A DNA stretch of 59,055 bases from Alphaproteobacteria bacterium (GTDB taxonomy: Bacteria; Pseudomonadota; Alphaproteobacteria; 16-39-46; JAJRRM01). Every line of letters begins with the position of its first letter. Positions within the stretch are counted from its first letter, which is position 1. Under the pieces are notes generated by a model. It was not told the DNA's origin. It did no database searches and saw nothing but the letters and a program-made list of their open reading frames with translations. The stretch spans positions 1 through 59,055 of the forward strand of contig JAJRRM010000033.1 in NCBI GenBank assembly GCA_024279475.1, given 5' to 3'. Both the position numbers and the translations under genes were made by a program. Positions 1 through 9,798 of this stretch are shown piece by piece.

Positions 1-85
1 CTGTTTTTCCATCCATAACAGCAATACAGGAGTTTGTTGTGCCAAGATCGATGCCAATTATTTTACCTTTTAATTTTTTAGTCAT
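1..85 (-). CDS. dnaK: Hsp70 chaperone DnaK, first 28 codons only (gene runs off the left edge)
   Basis: Reverse complement reads [28 protein letters not shown], the Hsp70 N-terminal [10 protein letters not shown] motif. An AGGA lies about 6 nt upstream of the ATG at 85. Confidence 0.85.
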   Translation of the reverse strand, partial: MTKKLKGKIIGIDLGTTNSCIAVMDGKT

Positions 86-133
86 TTTTTTTCCTTTTTC
101 TAACTATTTTTTCTTAAAAATAAGAATTCTTTA

Positions 134-164
134 TACATGTAGTAGCTCTTTTTTTATTTTCAAG
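134..164 (-). promoter_or_regulatory. Candidate sigma-32 (RpoH) heat-shock promoter for dnaK
   Basis: Minus strand reads CTTGAAA (158-164), a 16-nt spacer, then CTACATGTA (134-142). The E. coli-type sigma-32 consensus is CTTGAA-N13-17-CCCCATNTA. It lies about 50 nt upstream of the dnaK ATG. Motif match only. Confidence 0.3.
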
Positions 165-223
165 AGCTTGAACAGTTTTTTTTTTATTTTTTTTATTTAA
201 ACAACAAAAACAAAGAAATAAAA

Positions 224-391
224 TCATTTTAATTCTTTGGCTTCTTTCTCGTAGGTGCTTAATTCTTTTAATTTTGGTCGCTTAGGTACATCATTTATAT
301 CCGGAAAACCTTCTTCTGTATAAACAGAGGAACATCCAGATAGCAATAAAATAAAGCTTGTGCATAAAATATTATAATAAAAATTGCACAC
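224..391 (-). CDS. Unannotated 55-codon lipoprotein-like ORF upstream of dnaK (GTG start)
   Basis: GGAG, 7 nt, then GTG. Translation is (M)CNFYYNILCTSFILLLSGCSSVYTEEGFPDINDVPKRPKLKELSTYEKEAKELK, with an LSGC lipobox after a hydrophobic stretch. The n-region has no positive charge, which weakens the call. It is below the 60-aa ORF-track cutoff. Confidence 0.3.
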   Translation of the reverse strand: MCNFYYNILCTSFILLLSGCSSVYTEEGFPDINDVPKRPKLKELSTYEKEAKELK

Positions 392-499
392 TTACTAACT
401 CCTCAAGACTTTTAGAGCTCTAACCTATATCTACTTCCTACACTTGACAAGTTGTTTCTTAGCCTACACAAAAGAATAAGTATTTTATGGAGAGTGCTA

Positions 500-961
500 A
501 TGATACAACTCGCTTTATTTGAACCTGAAATTCCACAAAATGTTGGCACAACTTTACGCCTTGCTTCTTGTATGGGATTAGGTATACATATCATCGAGCC
601 CTGTGGTTTTGTATGGAGTAACAAACATCTTAAACGTGCTGGTATGGACTACTTAGAAAAAGTATGCTTACTACGGCATGATTCTTGGGAAAGCTTTCTT
701 AAATATACACAAAACAAAGAACAACGTCTTGTTTTTTTGGATGTTAAAGGGCGCAAAAGCTATACAGATTTCTCCTTTAGAGACACAGACATTATTATTG
801 CCGGTAGAGAAGGTAATGGTTTTTCAGGATTAGACTATCCTTTTTTAAAAGAAAGTATACGTATTCCTCTTCTACCAGACCGTCGTTCTTTAAACGTAGC
901 TGTTTCTATAAGCATGGTTACCGGTGAAGCCTTGCGGCAAAAAAACGCCTTCCCTTCCTAA
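500..961 (+). CDS. trmL: tRNA (cytidine/uridine-2'-O)-methyltransferase TrmL (SpoU/TrmH family)
   Basis: MIQLALFEPEIPQNVGTTLRLASCMG...NVAVSISMVTGEALRQ is typical TrmL. I chose the internal ATG at 500 rather than the ORF-track start at 452. Confidence 0.85.
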   Translation: MIQLALFEPEIPQNVGTTLRLASCMGLGIHIIEPCGFVWSNKHLKRAGMDYLEKVCLLRHDSWESFLKYTQNKEQRLVFLDVKGRKSYTDFSFRDTDIIIAGREGNGFSGLDYPFLKESIRIPLLPDRRSLNVAVSISMVTGEALRQKNAFPS

Positions 962-982
962 TTTAATGTACGGAAAAAAACA

Positions 983-1858
983 ATGTCAACAGAAAATCAA
1001 AAAAATATATCCTCCTTATGGTTCTCGACCTTGCAAAAAAAAATTTGCAAAGAATTTGAACAATTAGAAGCTGATTTTATCAATAAGAAAAATTTAAATA
1101 AGAAGCCTAGTAAATTTCATACAAAAAATTGGCAACGCGAAGAAGGTATGGGCGGAGGTGGAACCATGGCTGTGATGCAGGGGCTTGTTTTTGAAAAAGT
1201 TGGAGTAAATATCTCCACTGTATATGGAAAATTCTCAGAAGAATTTCAAGCAGAAATCCCTGGGGCAGACAAAGATCCTCTATTTTGGGCAAGCGGTATT
1301 TCTCTTGTTGCACATATGAAAAATCCTCATGTTCCTGCTGTCCATATGAATACTCGACATATTGTTACAAGTAAAAGTTGGTTTGGTGGTGGAGCCGATT
1401 TAAGCCCTGTCTTCTCTATAGAAAAGGATACAAAAGCATTCCATAAGGCCTTAAAAAACTGCTGCGATCGTCACGATTCCTCTTATTACCCAAAGTTTAA
1501 AAAATGGGCTGATGACTATTTTTTTATTCCCCATCGCAATGAAAACCGAGGTGTAGGAGGTATTTTTTATGACTATATAAATTCTGGGAATTGGACCAAA
1601 GACTTCTCTTTTACGCAAGATGTTGGCAATACTTTCTTAAAAATTTACTCTCAGCTAGTACGAGAATATATGACCAAACCTTGGACAGAAGAAGAAAAAA
1701 TAGCTCAACTCAAGAAACGTGGTCGTTATGTAGAGTTCAATCTTTTATATGATCGTGGGACACGGTTTGGTTTTAAAACTGGAGGGTATACAGATGCTAT
1801 TTTGATGTCTATGCCTCCTACCGTTATATGGTCTTCCCCTCTAGAAGATGTTACTTAG
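983..1858 (+). CDS. hemF: Oxygen-dependent coproporphyrinogen III oxidase
   Basis: WQREEGMGGGGTMAV, NPHVPAVHMNTRH, WFGGGADLSP and HRNENRGVGGIFYDY are HemF signature blocks. Confidence 0.9.
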   Translation: MSTENQKNISSLWFSTLQKKICKEFEQLEADFINKKNLNKKPSKFHTKNWQREEGMGGGGTMAVMQGLVFEKVGVNISTVYGKFSEEFQAEIPGADKDPLFWASGISLVAHMKNPHVPAVHMNTRHIVTSKSWFGGGADLSPVFSIEKDTKAFHKALKNCCDRHDSSYYPKFKKWADDYFFIPHRNENRGVGGIFYDYINSGNWTKDFSFTQDVGNTFLKIYSQLVREYMTKPWTEEEKIAQLKKRGRYVEFNLLYDRGTRFGFKTGGYTDAILMSMPPTVIWSSPLEDVT

Positions 1859-1900
1859 AAAAATTTACTCCTGTCCTAATTCTCGTGTTAGTATGCTATT

Positions 1901-2350
1901 ATGAAAACACTTTTTCTTATACGCCATAGTGAGGCAAAAGGGTTTCCTCGAAGTCTCACACAAAAAGGTATAGAACTGGCTAAACAAAGCGGATCTTGGT
2001 TGAAAGCTATCTTGCCCAAGAAATTTATATCTCTTGTTTCCCCTATTCAACGAGCCGTACAAACAGCAGACATTATTAGTCAAAAAACGCTTCAGCCTTT
2101 TAGAAATGAGGCTCTTCTTAGCATTAAAACATCTCCTGAAAAAATTACTTCTTATTTAGGATCTTTTCCTAACAATTGCATTCTTGCCATATCTCATCAA
2201 CCACTTCTCTTTTTAGTTTGTCGCAAACTCTCAAGAAAAACATTCTTCTTTCCTAATGCCAGCATCTGTGAACTTACCCTGTCACCCGGGGAATCTCTAT
2301 GGAAAATAAAAAGAACCTTTACCCCCCTAAGTAGCCTCACATTAAAATAG
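1901..2350 (+). CDS. Histidine phosphatase superfamily protein, SixA-like
   Basis: The N-terminal LIRHSEA (RHxxA catalytic motif) and the roughly 150-aa size fit SixA-type phosphohistidine phosphatases. Confidence 0.6.
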   Translation: MKTLFLIRHSEAKGFPRSLTQKGIELAKQSGSWLKAILPKKFISLVSPIQRAVQTADIISQKTLQPFRNEALLSIKTSPEKITSYLGSFPNNCILAISHQPLLFLVCRKLSRKTFFFPNASICELTLSPGESLWKIKRTFTPLSSLTLK

Positions 2351-2374
2351 TAAATCTAAAAATCGAGAATCCCT

Positions 2375-3184
2375 ATGCTAACATCTCCCATCGCTTTCAT
2401 ATTAGGTCTTATCCAAGGAGTTGGAGAGTTTTTACCTATCAGCTCTTCTGCTCATGTAGCTATGATGCAAATTTTTTTAGATATTCCCTCCCTTCATCGT
2501 ACTGTAGAAATTAGTTTACATCTAGGTACTTTACTAGCTGTAATTACCTACTTCTTCCGAACCTTTTGGCAAATGCTTGCAGGGCTGGTTACCTTAATTT
2601 TCAAAAAAAAATTAACTCAAGAAGCAAAGTGGTTAGGTCAAATTACTCTAGCCACTTTTCCCGCTATCTTCCTTGGACTTGGTGTTCATACTTTCTTTCC
2701 TAACATGGGTAATTCTTTTACATTAGTTGGCTTCATGAGCATTTTAATGGGAATTCTTCTTTATAAGACTGATAAAATAGCAGACCAAACTCTTACTCTA
2801 GAAAAATTATCTACCAAGCATGCTTTTATTATTGGACTTTTTCAATGCATCTCTCTCATTCCTGGTGCCAGCCGCCTTGGCATGACACTCCTTGGAGCTC
2901 GTATGCTGGGCTACACACGCTGTGATGCCCTTGTTTTCTCTTACTGGCTTTCCGTTCCTGTTGTACTAGGAGCTTTAACACTTAATACCCATAAGCTCAT
3001 CAAAACAGGAACTTTCTCTATAGATTTTCCTCTTATTTTAGGCATATGTGTTGCCTTTATTGTTGGCTTAAGTATCATTCATTTATTTATCAAATGGCTA
3101 AAAAACTATAGCCTTGGGCCTATTATGATTTATAGAATTCTCTTTGGAACAGGCCTTCTTTTATATGTATTTATGAGCTTTTAG
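2375..3184 (+). CDS. uppP: Undecaprenyl-diphosphate phosphatase
   Basis: GLIQGVGEFLPISSSAH and PGASRLGMTL motifs, polytopic membrane protein of 269 aa. Confidence 0.9.
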   Translation: MLTSPIAFILGLIQGVGEFLPISSSAHVAMMQIFLDIPSLHRTVEISLHLGTLLAVITYFFRTFWQMLAGLVTLIFKKKLTQEAKWLGQITLATFPAIFLGLGVHTFFPNMGNSFTLVGFMSILMGILLYKTDKIADQTLTLEKLSTKHAFIIGLFQCISLIPGASRLGMTLLGARMLGYTRCDALVFSYWLSVPVVLGALTLNTHKLIKTGTFSIDFPLILGICVAFIVGLSIIHLFIKWLKNYSLGPIMIYRILFGTGLLLYVFMSF

Positions 3185-3210
3185 TATTTCCTGCATATAA
3201 AGCTCATAAA
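3170..3210 (+). terminator. Hairpin straddling the uppP stop codon (possible terminator between convergent genes)
   Basis: Perfect 12-bp inverted repeat TTTATGAGCTTT (3170-3181) / AAAGCTCATAAA (3199-3210) with a 17-nt loop. The stem is AT-rich and the downstream tract is only moderately T-rich. Confidence 0.35.
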
Positions 3211-3403
3211 AGTTTTAATGTTTTCTAATTTACGTTCATACGATTTTAAGAAAAAAGATACATTTTTAAAGTTCTTCTTCACCATAAAAAACCATCCACC
3301 TCCCATTTTCTTGCGTTTTTTATATTTTTAGTAGAAAATATTATTCCAGTTGTTACTCGTGAAAACTAGATAGAACTAATTTCTCTTTGCAATAGAGTCC
3401 TCC

Positions 3404-4054
3404 TTATTTTTTAACGGCTGCAAAAAAACCATCCCCTAAAGGTAAGCAAACACTTGTAAATCTTTCTGAATTTGCTAATCGTTCATTAAATTCTTGCATA
3501 CTAGCTATAGCCATAGAGCTTACTTTACGTGAAGGAATTCCATACATAGCACCTCCTAAAAAAGTATTGTCCCCCATAATCAATCCGCCAGACACAATAT
3601 TCTCTTCTGCCCAATCTAAATAAATTGGGTAGCTAATTTTGTCAGCATCAATAAAAAGCACATCAAATGGTGCTTGATTTTTTAAGTTAAAAAGCACATC
3701 AGCTGCTTTTCCTGTCAAGCTTATAACTTTTTCACCCCAGGGAGATTTATCTACAAATTCTCTTGTTATTTGCGCACGAATAGGATCTCTTTCAATAGTC
3801 CATACTTTCCCTTTCCCCTTTAGAGACCTCGCTATCCAGAGAGCCGAGTATCCTGCCAACGACCCTATTTCCACTACTTTCTGAGCTTTAGTTGCAGCAA
3901 TGAAAACACTTATCAAACGAGCAAAGTTTACATTAACCTGAATAGCCCATTCTTTTTTCTTCAAAAAACTCTCAATTTCCTTGAAAATGAAATCCTGAGG
4001 CTGCAAATTATCAACATATTCCTCCATATTTTTTTTATCTTGTTCCTGTATCAT
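3404..4054 (-). CDS. Class I SAM-dependent O-methyltransferase (caffeoyl-CoA OMT-like)
   Basis: VVEIGSLAGYSALWIA (SAM motif I), FDVLFIDADK and the 216-aa size. Confidence 0.75.
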   Translation of the reverse strand: MIQEQDKKNMEEYVDNLQPQDFIFKEIESFLKKKEWAIQVNVNFARLISVFIAATKAQKVVEIGSLAGYSALWIARSLKGKGKVWTIERDPIRAQITREFVDKSPWGEKVISLTGKAADVLFNLKNQAPFDVLFIDADKISYPIYLDWAEENIVSGGLIMGDNTFLGGAMYGIPSRKVSSMAIASMQEFNERLANSERFTSVCLPLGDGFFAAVKK

Positions 4055-4168
4055 TTATTTTACCTTTTATATATTAATTTAATATTTTGTATTGCGTAGA
4101 AAAAAAAAATCTGGCAAGTTCAGGGCTAGCTTTTTTATATAACATAAAATAAATTTAACGAGTTATAA

Positions 4169-6241
4169 ATGTCTTCACTATATCTATTCATACTAGCTAG
4201 TTCTCTTCTAGCCTTACTTTACGGACTATATGCTATCAAAGGTGTATTTTCTGCTTCAGCTGGCACAGTAAAAATGCAAGAAATATCTGGCGCTATTCAA
4301 GAGGGTGCACGTGCTTATCTCAATCGTCAATATAGCGCAATCGCTTTTGTTGGCATTATTGTAACGGCCCTTTTGTGGTGGCTTCTTGGCCTTCACGTAG
4401 CCCTTGGCTTTGTTATTGGATCTGTCCTATCTGGCACTGCTGGATATATTGGTATGAGCGTATCTGTTCGCGCAAACGTTCGAACAGCAGAAGCAGCTCG
4501 CAAAGGGCTTAGTGAAGCGTTTCATATAGCTTTCCAATCAGGAGCTGTAACAGGTATGTTTGTTGTTGGTTTTGCTCTTTTAGGCATCTCTGTTTATTAC
4601 ATGATATTAAAAGGGACTGGTTTACCTGTGCGCTCTATCCTTGAAGCCCTTGTTGGTTTAAGCTTTGGTGCTTCCCTTATTTCTATTTTCGCTCGATTAG
4701 GTGGCGGCATATTTACAAAGGGTGCTGACGTTGGTGCTGACCTTGTAGGTAAAATTGAGGCAGGCATCCCTGAGGATGACCCTCGAAACCCAGCTGTGAT
4801 AGCAGATAACGTAGGCGACAACGTCGGTGATTGTGCTGGTATGGCAGCTGACTTGTTCGAAACGTACGTCGTAACTATGGTTGCAACTATGCTTATTGGA
4901 GCCATTACGTTTGTTGACTCTATGCAAGATGCTATGATGATGTATCCCCTCTTCATAGGTGCTGTATGCATTATTGGCTCTGTAATTGGTAATTTTTTTG
5001 TACGCCTTGGTCGTAATAAGAATATTATGGGGGCACTCTATAAAGGGCTTATTGTAAGCAGTATTTGTTCTGCTGTATTAATAATTGCTGGAACAAATTA
5101 CCTTGTTAATGACAATTTTTTTAACACTGTAGGTGCTGTAAATATTAATAACCTTTTATACTGCTCTTTAGCAGGTTTGTTAACAACAGGTGCCCTTGTT
5201 TGGATCACTGAATACTATACTTCAACAAAGTATAGTCCTGTAAAAAGTATTGCTAAAGCTTCTCAAACAGGTCATGCAACAAATATCATTCAAGGGTTAG
5301 CAGTTTCTATGGAATCGACAGCTTTACCTGTTATTATTATTTGTATAGCAATTATATTTTCTTATCTTTCAGCTGGTCTATACGGCATTGGCATAGCTGC
5401 AACAACCATGCTTGCCTTGGCAGGGATAATAGTTGCTCTCGATGCTTATGGGCCTGTAACAGATAATGCTGGCGGTATCGCTGAAATGGCTAAGCTTCCA
5501 GCTGACGTACGAAAAGTAACAGATGCTCTTGACGCTGTTGGTAACACAACAAAAGCTGTAACAAAGGGTTATGCTATTGGTTCTGCTGCTCTAGCTGCTC
5601 TTGTCTTATTCGCTGCTTATACAGAAGACTTGCAACACTACTTCCCTAGCCTAAATGTAAACTTTTCTCTTCAAGATCCATTTGTTGTAATTGGCTTGTT
5701 TATAGGGGGCTTGCTGCCTTATCTATTTGGCTCAACATGTATGAAAGCTGTTGGTCGTGCTGCAGCAAGCGTTGTGATAGAAGTTCGTCGCCAATTTAAA
5801 GAAATAAAAGGCATTATGGAGGGAACAACTCGCCCTGACTATAGTCGTGCTGTAGATCTCTTAACCCGCGCAGCTATTAAAGAAATGATTATACCCTCTA
5901 TGCTTCCTGTATTTGCGCCTATAGTTCTATTCTACATCATTAGTTGGTCTGTAGGTCAAGCAGAGGCATTTACAGCCGTAGGAGCTATGTTGCTAGGTAC
6001 CATCATAACTGGCATATTCGTAGCTCTTTCTATGACGTCTGGTGGTGGAGCTTGGGATAATGCCAAAAAATATATAGAAGATGGTAATTATGGCGGAAAA
6101 GGCTCAGAAGCACACAAAGCATCCATAACGGGCGATACTGTTGGTGACCCTTACAAAGACACTGCTGGACCAGCTATTAACCCTATGATTAAAATTATCA
6201 ATATTGTTGCTATTCTATTATTAGCTGTCTTAGCCCGCTAA
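4169..6241 (+). CDS. hppA: Membrane-bound proton-translocating pyrophosphatase, K+-independent-type signature
   Basis: [35 protein letters not shown] and [14 protein letters not shown] motifs. 690 aa with many transmembrane segments. Confidence 0.95.
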   Translation: MSSLYLFILASSLLALLYGLYAIKGVFSASAGTVKMQEISGAIQEGARAYLNRQYSAIAFVGIIVTALLWWLLGLHVALGFVIGSVLSGTAGYIGMSVSVRANVRTAEAARKGLSEAFHIAFQSGAVTGMFVVGFALLGISVYYMILKGTGLPVRSILEALVGLSFGASLISIFARLGGGIFTKGADVGADLVGKIEAGIPEDDPRNPAVIADNVGDNVGDCAGMAADLFETYVVTMVATMLIGAITFVDSMQDAMMMYPLFIGAVCIIGSVIGNFFVRLGRNKNIMGALYKGLIVSSICSAVLIIAGTNYLVNDNFFNTVGAVNINNLLYCSLAGLLTTGALVWITEYYTSTKYSPVKSIAKASQTGHATNIIQGLAVSMESTALPVIIICIAIIFSYLSAGLYGIGIAATTMLALAGIIVALDAYGPVTDNAGGIAEMAKLPADVRKVTDALDAVGNTTKAVTKGYAIGSAALAALVLFAAYTEDLQHYFPSLNVNFSLQDPFVVIGLFIGGLLPYLFGSTCMKAVGRAAASVVIEVRRQFKEIKGIMEGTTRPDYSRAVDLLTRAAIKEMIIPSMLPVFAPIVLFYIISWSVGQAEAFTAVGAMLLGTIITGIFVALSMTSGGGAWDNAKKYIEDGNYGGKGSEAHKASITGDTVGDPYKDTAGPAINPMIKIINIVAILLLAVLAR

Positions 6242-6351
6242 TCGCATGTGAAAAATGGAAAAAACTGCTTGAAAGGCTTTCTTGTTGTGTTCGTAATAAA
6301 AATTTCTTATACTTAATTTATCGTTTAAAAGTATATAAGAAAGAAGATCAC

Positions 6352-6819
6352 ATGAAAAAATTCATCATCCCCGTTTTAATTAGTGGTATTGCCTTATCTG
6401 GCTGTATTAGTGGCAATGAGAAACAAACTATGGGAACACTTCTTGGTGGTGCTGGTGGTGCTGCCTTAGGATCTCAGTTTGGTAAAGGTAAGGGGAAACT
6501 TGTAGGTGTTGCTCTAGGTTCTCTTGCAGGTAGCTGTATCGGCGGTAGTATCGGTAAAAATATGGATGATACTGACACATTAAAAGCCAATAAAACAGCC
6601 CAGCACACTCTAGAATCTGCTCAAGTTAACCAAACAAGCTCTTGGAGAAACCCTGATACAGGCCATACAGGCACCTTTACACCAACAAACACTTACCAAA
6701 CAAACACAGGTCAGTATTGCCGCGAGTATCAACAAACTGTTACTGTTGGTGGAAAAATGCAAGAAGGCTACGGAACAGCTTGTCGCCAACCAGATGGTAG
6801 CTGGAAAATTATAAAATAG
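6352..6819 (+). CDS. 17-kDa surface antigen family lipoprotein (glycine-zipper outer-membrane lipoprotein)
   Basis: Lipobox [31 protein letters not shown]...WRNPDTG...[14 protein letters not shown]....[14 protein letters not shown] closely parallels the Rickettsia 17-kDa antigen as I remember it. Confidence 0.8.
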   Translation: MKKFIIPVLISGIALSGCISGNEKQTMGTLLGGAGGAALGSQFGKGKGKLVGVALGSLAGSCIGGSIGKNMDDTDTLKANKTAQHTLESAQVNQTSSWRNPDTGHTGTFTPTNTYQTNTGQYCREYQQTVTVGGKMQEGYGTACRQPDGSWKIIK

Positions 6820-6843
6820 CTAAGCGAATGAAGTCAGAATTAT

Positions 6844-7791
6844 ATGCCCAATGATCGAAATCCTTATGAAATTTTAGGAGTGACTTCCAAAGCTACTGAT
6901 GTTGATATTAAATCAGCTTATCGTAAACTAGCCAAGAGGTATCACCCTGATATCAATAAAGATGACCCTAAACTCGGACAGAAATTTAAAGAAATTTCTC
7001 AAGCCTATGAAATTTTAAGTGATGATGAAAAGCGTCAAAAATACGATAGTGGCCTAATTGATGGTTCTGGCCAAGAAAGAGCCCCTGCTTTTCACCAGAG
7101 AGCTCGTGGTGGTAGTTATAATGCTGGACAAAATGCTAACTTTGATTTTTCAGATCTCTTTGGAGGAAATGATGATATTTTCTCCATGTTCCGCCAAGGT
7201 GGAGGGCAAAAACGTCAACGTAGATATGGACCTCCTCCAGAAAAAGGCAAGAATATTCTCTATACACTTCGTATTGACTTTTCTGAAGCTATTTTAGGAG
7301 GACAGCGCCAAATTACTTTAAGCGCTAATAAAAAAATAAATTTCTCCATCCCTATTGGTACTATAGAGGGGAAAAAACTTCGCCTGAAAAATCAAGGTGC
7401 CTCTTCTCCTCACTCAAAAGGAGAAAAAGGAGATGCCATTATTGAATTACATATTGCTCCTCATACATACTTTGAGCGCAAAGGTAAGGATATACACCTT
7501 ACGCTCCCTATTACTTTAAAAGAAGCTATTGAAGGTGCTAAAATTAAAACCCCTACCCTCTCAGGGATAGTAACTCTTACTATACCAAAAGGGTCTAATT
7601 CTGGTCAAATCCTACGCCTAAAAGGAAAAGGTGTTCCAGCACATTATCTTCAACCAATATCAGGAGACCTACTTATTCGCCTAGATATTCAAATAGATGA
7701 TCCTAATTCAGGTGACTGGCAAAAACTCTTAAAAATCTGGCCTACAGAACAAAATGGACATAAAATAAGAGAGAAATTTACAACCTCTTAA
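6844..7791 (+). CDS. J-domain co-chaperone, CbpA/DnaJ-like, without a zinc-finger domain
   Basis: NPYEILGV...[14 protein letters not shown] (HPD motif), a G/F-rich linker and DnaJ C-terminal domains. No CxxCxGxG repeats. Confidence 0.8.
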   Translation: MPNDRNPYEILGVTSKATDVDIKSAYRKLAKRYHPDINKDDPKLGQKFKEISQAYEILSDDEKRQKYDSGLIDGSGQERAPAFHQRARGGSYNAGQNANFDFSDLFGGNDDIFSMFRQGGGQKRQRRYGPPPEKGKNILYTLRIDFSEAILGGQRQITLSANKKINFSIPIGTIEGKKLRLKNQGASSPHSKGEKGDAIIELHIAPHTYFERKGKDIHLTLPITLKEAIEGAKIKTPTLSGIVTLTIPKGSNSGQILRLKGKGVPAHYLQPISGDLLIRLDIQIDDPNSGDWQKLLKIWPTEQNGHKIREKFTTS

Positions 7792-7998
7792 ATCCTTACA
7801 AACACTAGAAAAAAATAAGAAAATCCTATCACTCTTGTTTAAAATATTTTCGCTTAATTTATTGTCTCTATCCTTTAAAATTATTCAAATAAAGGCTTAC
7901 AATAAGTGCTGTGCAAGCTAATGATATATTTCAGTTAAGCAGAATCCTTTTTTACTAATTTATCCCCTTTGAAAGAAATTAAAAAAGAAAAATTTAAG

Positions 7999-8928
7999 TT
8001 AAGATTCTTGTAAAATGATAATCTCACCTTTATTGCAAGCAGATTTAAAAGCTTTCATAAATACTGAAAAATTATGAAGCATCATAGATTCAAATGTTGG
8101 TGCCTCTTCATCAATTTCTGATAGAGCATCAGAAAACAAAACATCCCCTATCTTTGCCCCTGACTCTTTAGCAATCTGCTCCATTATTCGAGGGTTAGAT
8201 ATATTTTCCAGAAAAACAACCTTAATATTATGTGCTTTTGCTTCTTTTATAATACCAACTAAATCTTTAGCTGAAGGTTCTACTTCTGTAGAAATGCCTA
8301 GAGGCGTTAGAAATTCAATTCCATAGGCTTTTCCTAAATATTGAAAACCATCATGAAGCGTTATTACTTTTCTACAGCTAGGCTTAACCGACTGAATTTT
8401 CTTTCTAAAATCATGATCTAATTTTTTCAATCGCCCTTTAAGCGCTTTCCAATTAGCGGAAAACACTTCTGCATGACTTGGTGCTACTACCTTTAATGCC
8501 CGCAAAATAGCTTCCCCATATAATACTGCATTTTCTATATCATGCCAAGCATGAGGGTCTATAGATCCACAACTTCCTTCTTTAATATGCCGCGGCCTAA
8601 TTTTATCTGTTACATTGACAAGTTTTGCTGTTGTTTGTGTCGCATTTAAAAGGCGCGGTAGCCATCCTTCAAATCCTAAGCCATTCATGAAGATAATATC
8701 TGCTCTCATAATTTTTTTTGCATCTGCCGGTGTTGGCTCATAAACATGTGCATCACCATTAGGCCCTACAAGAGTATCTATTTCTACTAAATCTCCAGCT
8801 ATCTGATGGACAAAATCACCTAAAATACTAAAGGAAGCAACTATTTTTGGCTTTGAAGTTTTTTTCACCTCTGCATAAGCATTACTTAAAAATAAAAAAG
8901 ATAAAAAAATAAAAATATATTTATTCAT
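7999..8928 (-). CDS. Metal (Zn/Mn) ABC transporter substrate-binding protein, TroA/ZnuA/MntC cluster
   Basis: Signal peptide MNKYIFIFLSFLFLSNAYA, plus GDAHVYEPTP and DPHAWHD metal-ligand motifs. No His-rich loop, so metal specificity is unresolved. Confidence 0.85.
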   Translation of the reverse strand: MNKYIFIFLSFLFLSNAYAEVKKTSKPKIVASFSILGDFVHQIAGDLVEIDTLVGPNGDAHVYEPTPADAKKIMRADIIFMNGLGFEGWLPRLLNATQTTAKLVNVTDKIRPRHIKEGSCGSIDPHAWHDIENAVLYGEAILRALKVVAPSHAEVFSANWKALKGRLKKLDHDFRKKIQSVKPSCRKVITLHDGFQYLGKAYGIEFLTPLGISTEVEPSAKDLVGIIKEAKAHNIKVVFLENISNPRIMEQIAKESGAKIGDVLFSDALSEIDEEAPTFESMMLHNFSVFMKAFKSACNKGEIIILQES

Positions 8929-9797
8929 GAAGTTCCTTGTCCATAAGTTTTTTTATGTTGATAAAAGCTTCCTTGGGGGCCTGCAAAAAGAGAAATCAAA
9001 TAAAAAATACCTGCAACTAAAACAATTGATGGTCCTGATGGGTAATTAAAATGATAGGAAGCAAGTAAACCAAGAAAGCTAGATAGAGCTCCAAAAATCC
9101 ATGCAGCAAGAATGGTACTCCATACTTGCTTGGCCCAAAAACGCGCAGTAATAGCAGGCAACATCATCATACCCAAAGCCATCAAAGTCCCCATAGATTG
9201 GAAAGCTGACACTAGATTTGCAACAACACAGATTAAAAATAACCCGTGATACTTATGACCTTTTCCTCCTACAGATTTCAAATAAATAGGATCTACACAC
9301 TCCAATAAAAGAGGTCTATATATAATAGAAATAACTATTAGCGTAACAGTTGATGTTCCTGCCACCAGCAAAAGAGTATAATCATCAATAGCTAAAACTG
9401 ACCCAAAAAGAATATGCATTAAATCTACATGACTTCCTTTTAAAGAAACCAGTATAACGCCTAAAGACAGAGATATAAGGAAAAAACCGGCGAAGCTAGC
9501 ATCTTCTCCAAGACTCGTCCAACGAGAAACTGCTCCGGCAGCCATGGCTACTAACAATCCTGCTAATAATCCTCCTATACTCATAGCTGTAAGAGATAGA
9601 CCTGCTACAAAAAACCCTATAGCAACCCCTGGTAAAACTGAGTGAGATAAAGCATCTCCCATCAAGCTCATTCGCCGAAGCACAAGAATTACACCTAAGG
9701 GAGCTGCACTCAATGATAGAGACCAAGATGCTACGAAGGCCCGACGCAGAAATGTGTACTGAAAAGGCTCAAAAAGCCCTGTAAAAAAATCTTCCAT
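8925..9797 (-). CDS. Metal ABC transporter permease
   Basis: Polytopic ZnuB/MntB-like sequence. Its stop overlaps the substrate-binding protein start (ATGA). I chose the start MEDFFTGLFEPF at 9797, one nt after the ATPase stop. The ORF track extends to 9824. Confidence 0.85.
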   Translation of the reverse strand: MEDFFTGLFEPFQYTFLRRAFVASWSLSLSAAPLGVILVLRRMSLMGDALSHSVLPGVAIGFFVAGLSLTAMSIGGLLAGLLVAMAAGAVSRWTSLGEDASFAGFFLISLSLGVILVSLKGSHVDLMHILFGSVLAIDDYTLLLVAGTSTVTLIVISIIYRPLLLECVDPIYLKSVGGKGHKYHGLFLICVVANLVSAFQSMGTLMALGMMMLPAITARFWAKQVWSTILAAWIFGALSSFLGLLASYHFNYPSGPSIVLVAGIFYLISLFAGPQGSFYQHKKTYGQGTS

Positions 9798-9798
9798 A

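Noticed and set aside
144-168. 7-bp hairpin AGCTCTT / AAGAGCT considered as a terminator between the mini-lipoprotein ORF and dnaK
   Set aside because: There is no U-tract on the minus strand after the stem, the stem is short and AT-rich, and it coincides with the putative sigma-32 -35 element and spacer.
412-624. 70-aa minus-strand ORF overlapping the trmL 5' end
   Set aside because: It lies antisense to a well-supported gene, has no recognisable motif and has odd composition. It is a typical shadow ORF.
4597-4971. 124-aa and 76-aa minus-strand ORFs inside hppA
   Set aside because: They are antisense shadows of a highly conserved, relatively GC-richer membrane protein gene. Their Ser/Pro/Thr/Ala-rich translations look like frame artefacts.
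7058-7297. 79-aa alternative-frame ORF inside the J-domain protein gene
   Set aside because: It overlaps the G/F linker region of a supported CDS on the same strand, and there is no independent evidence for it.
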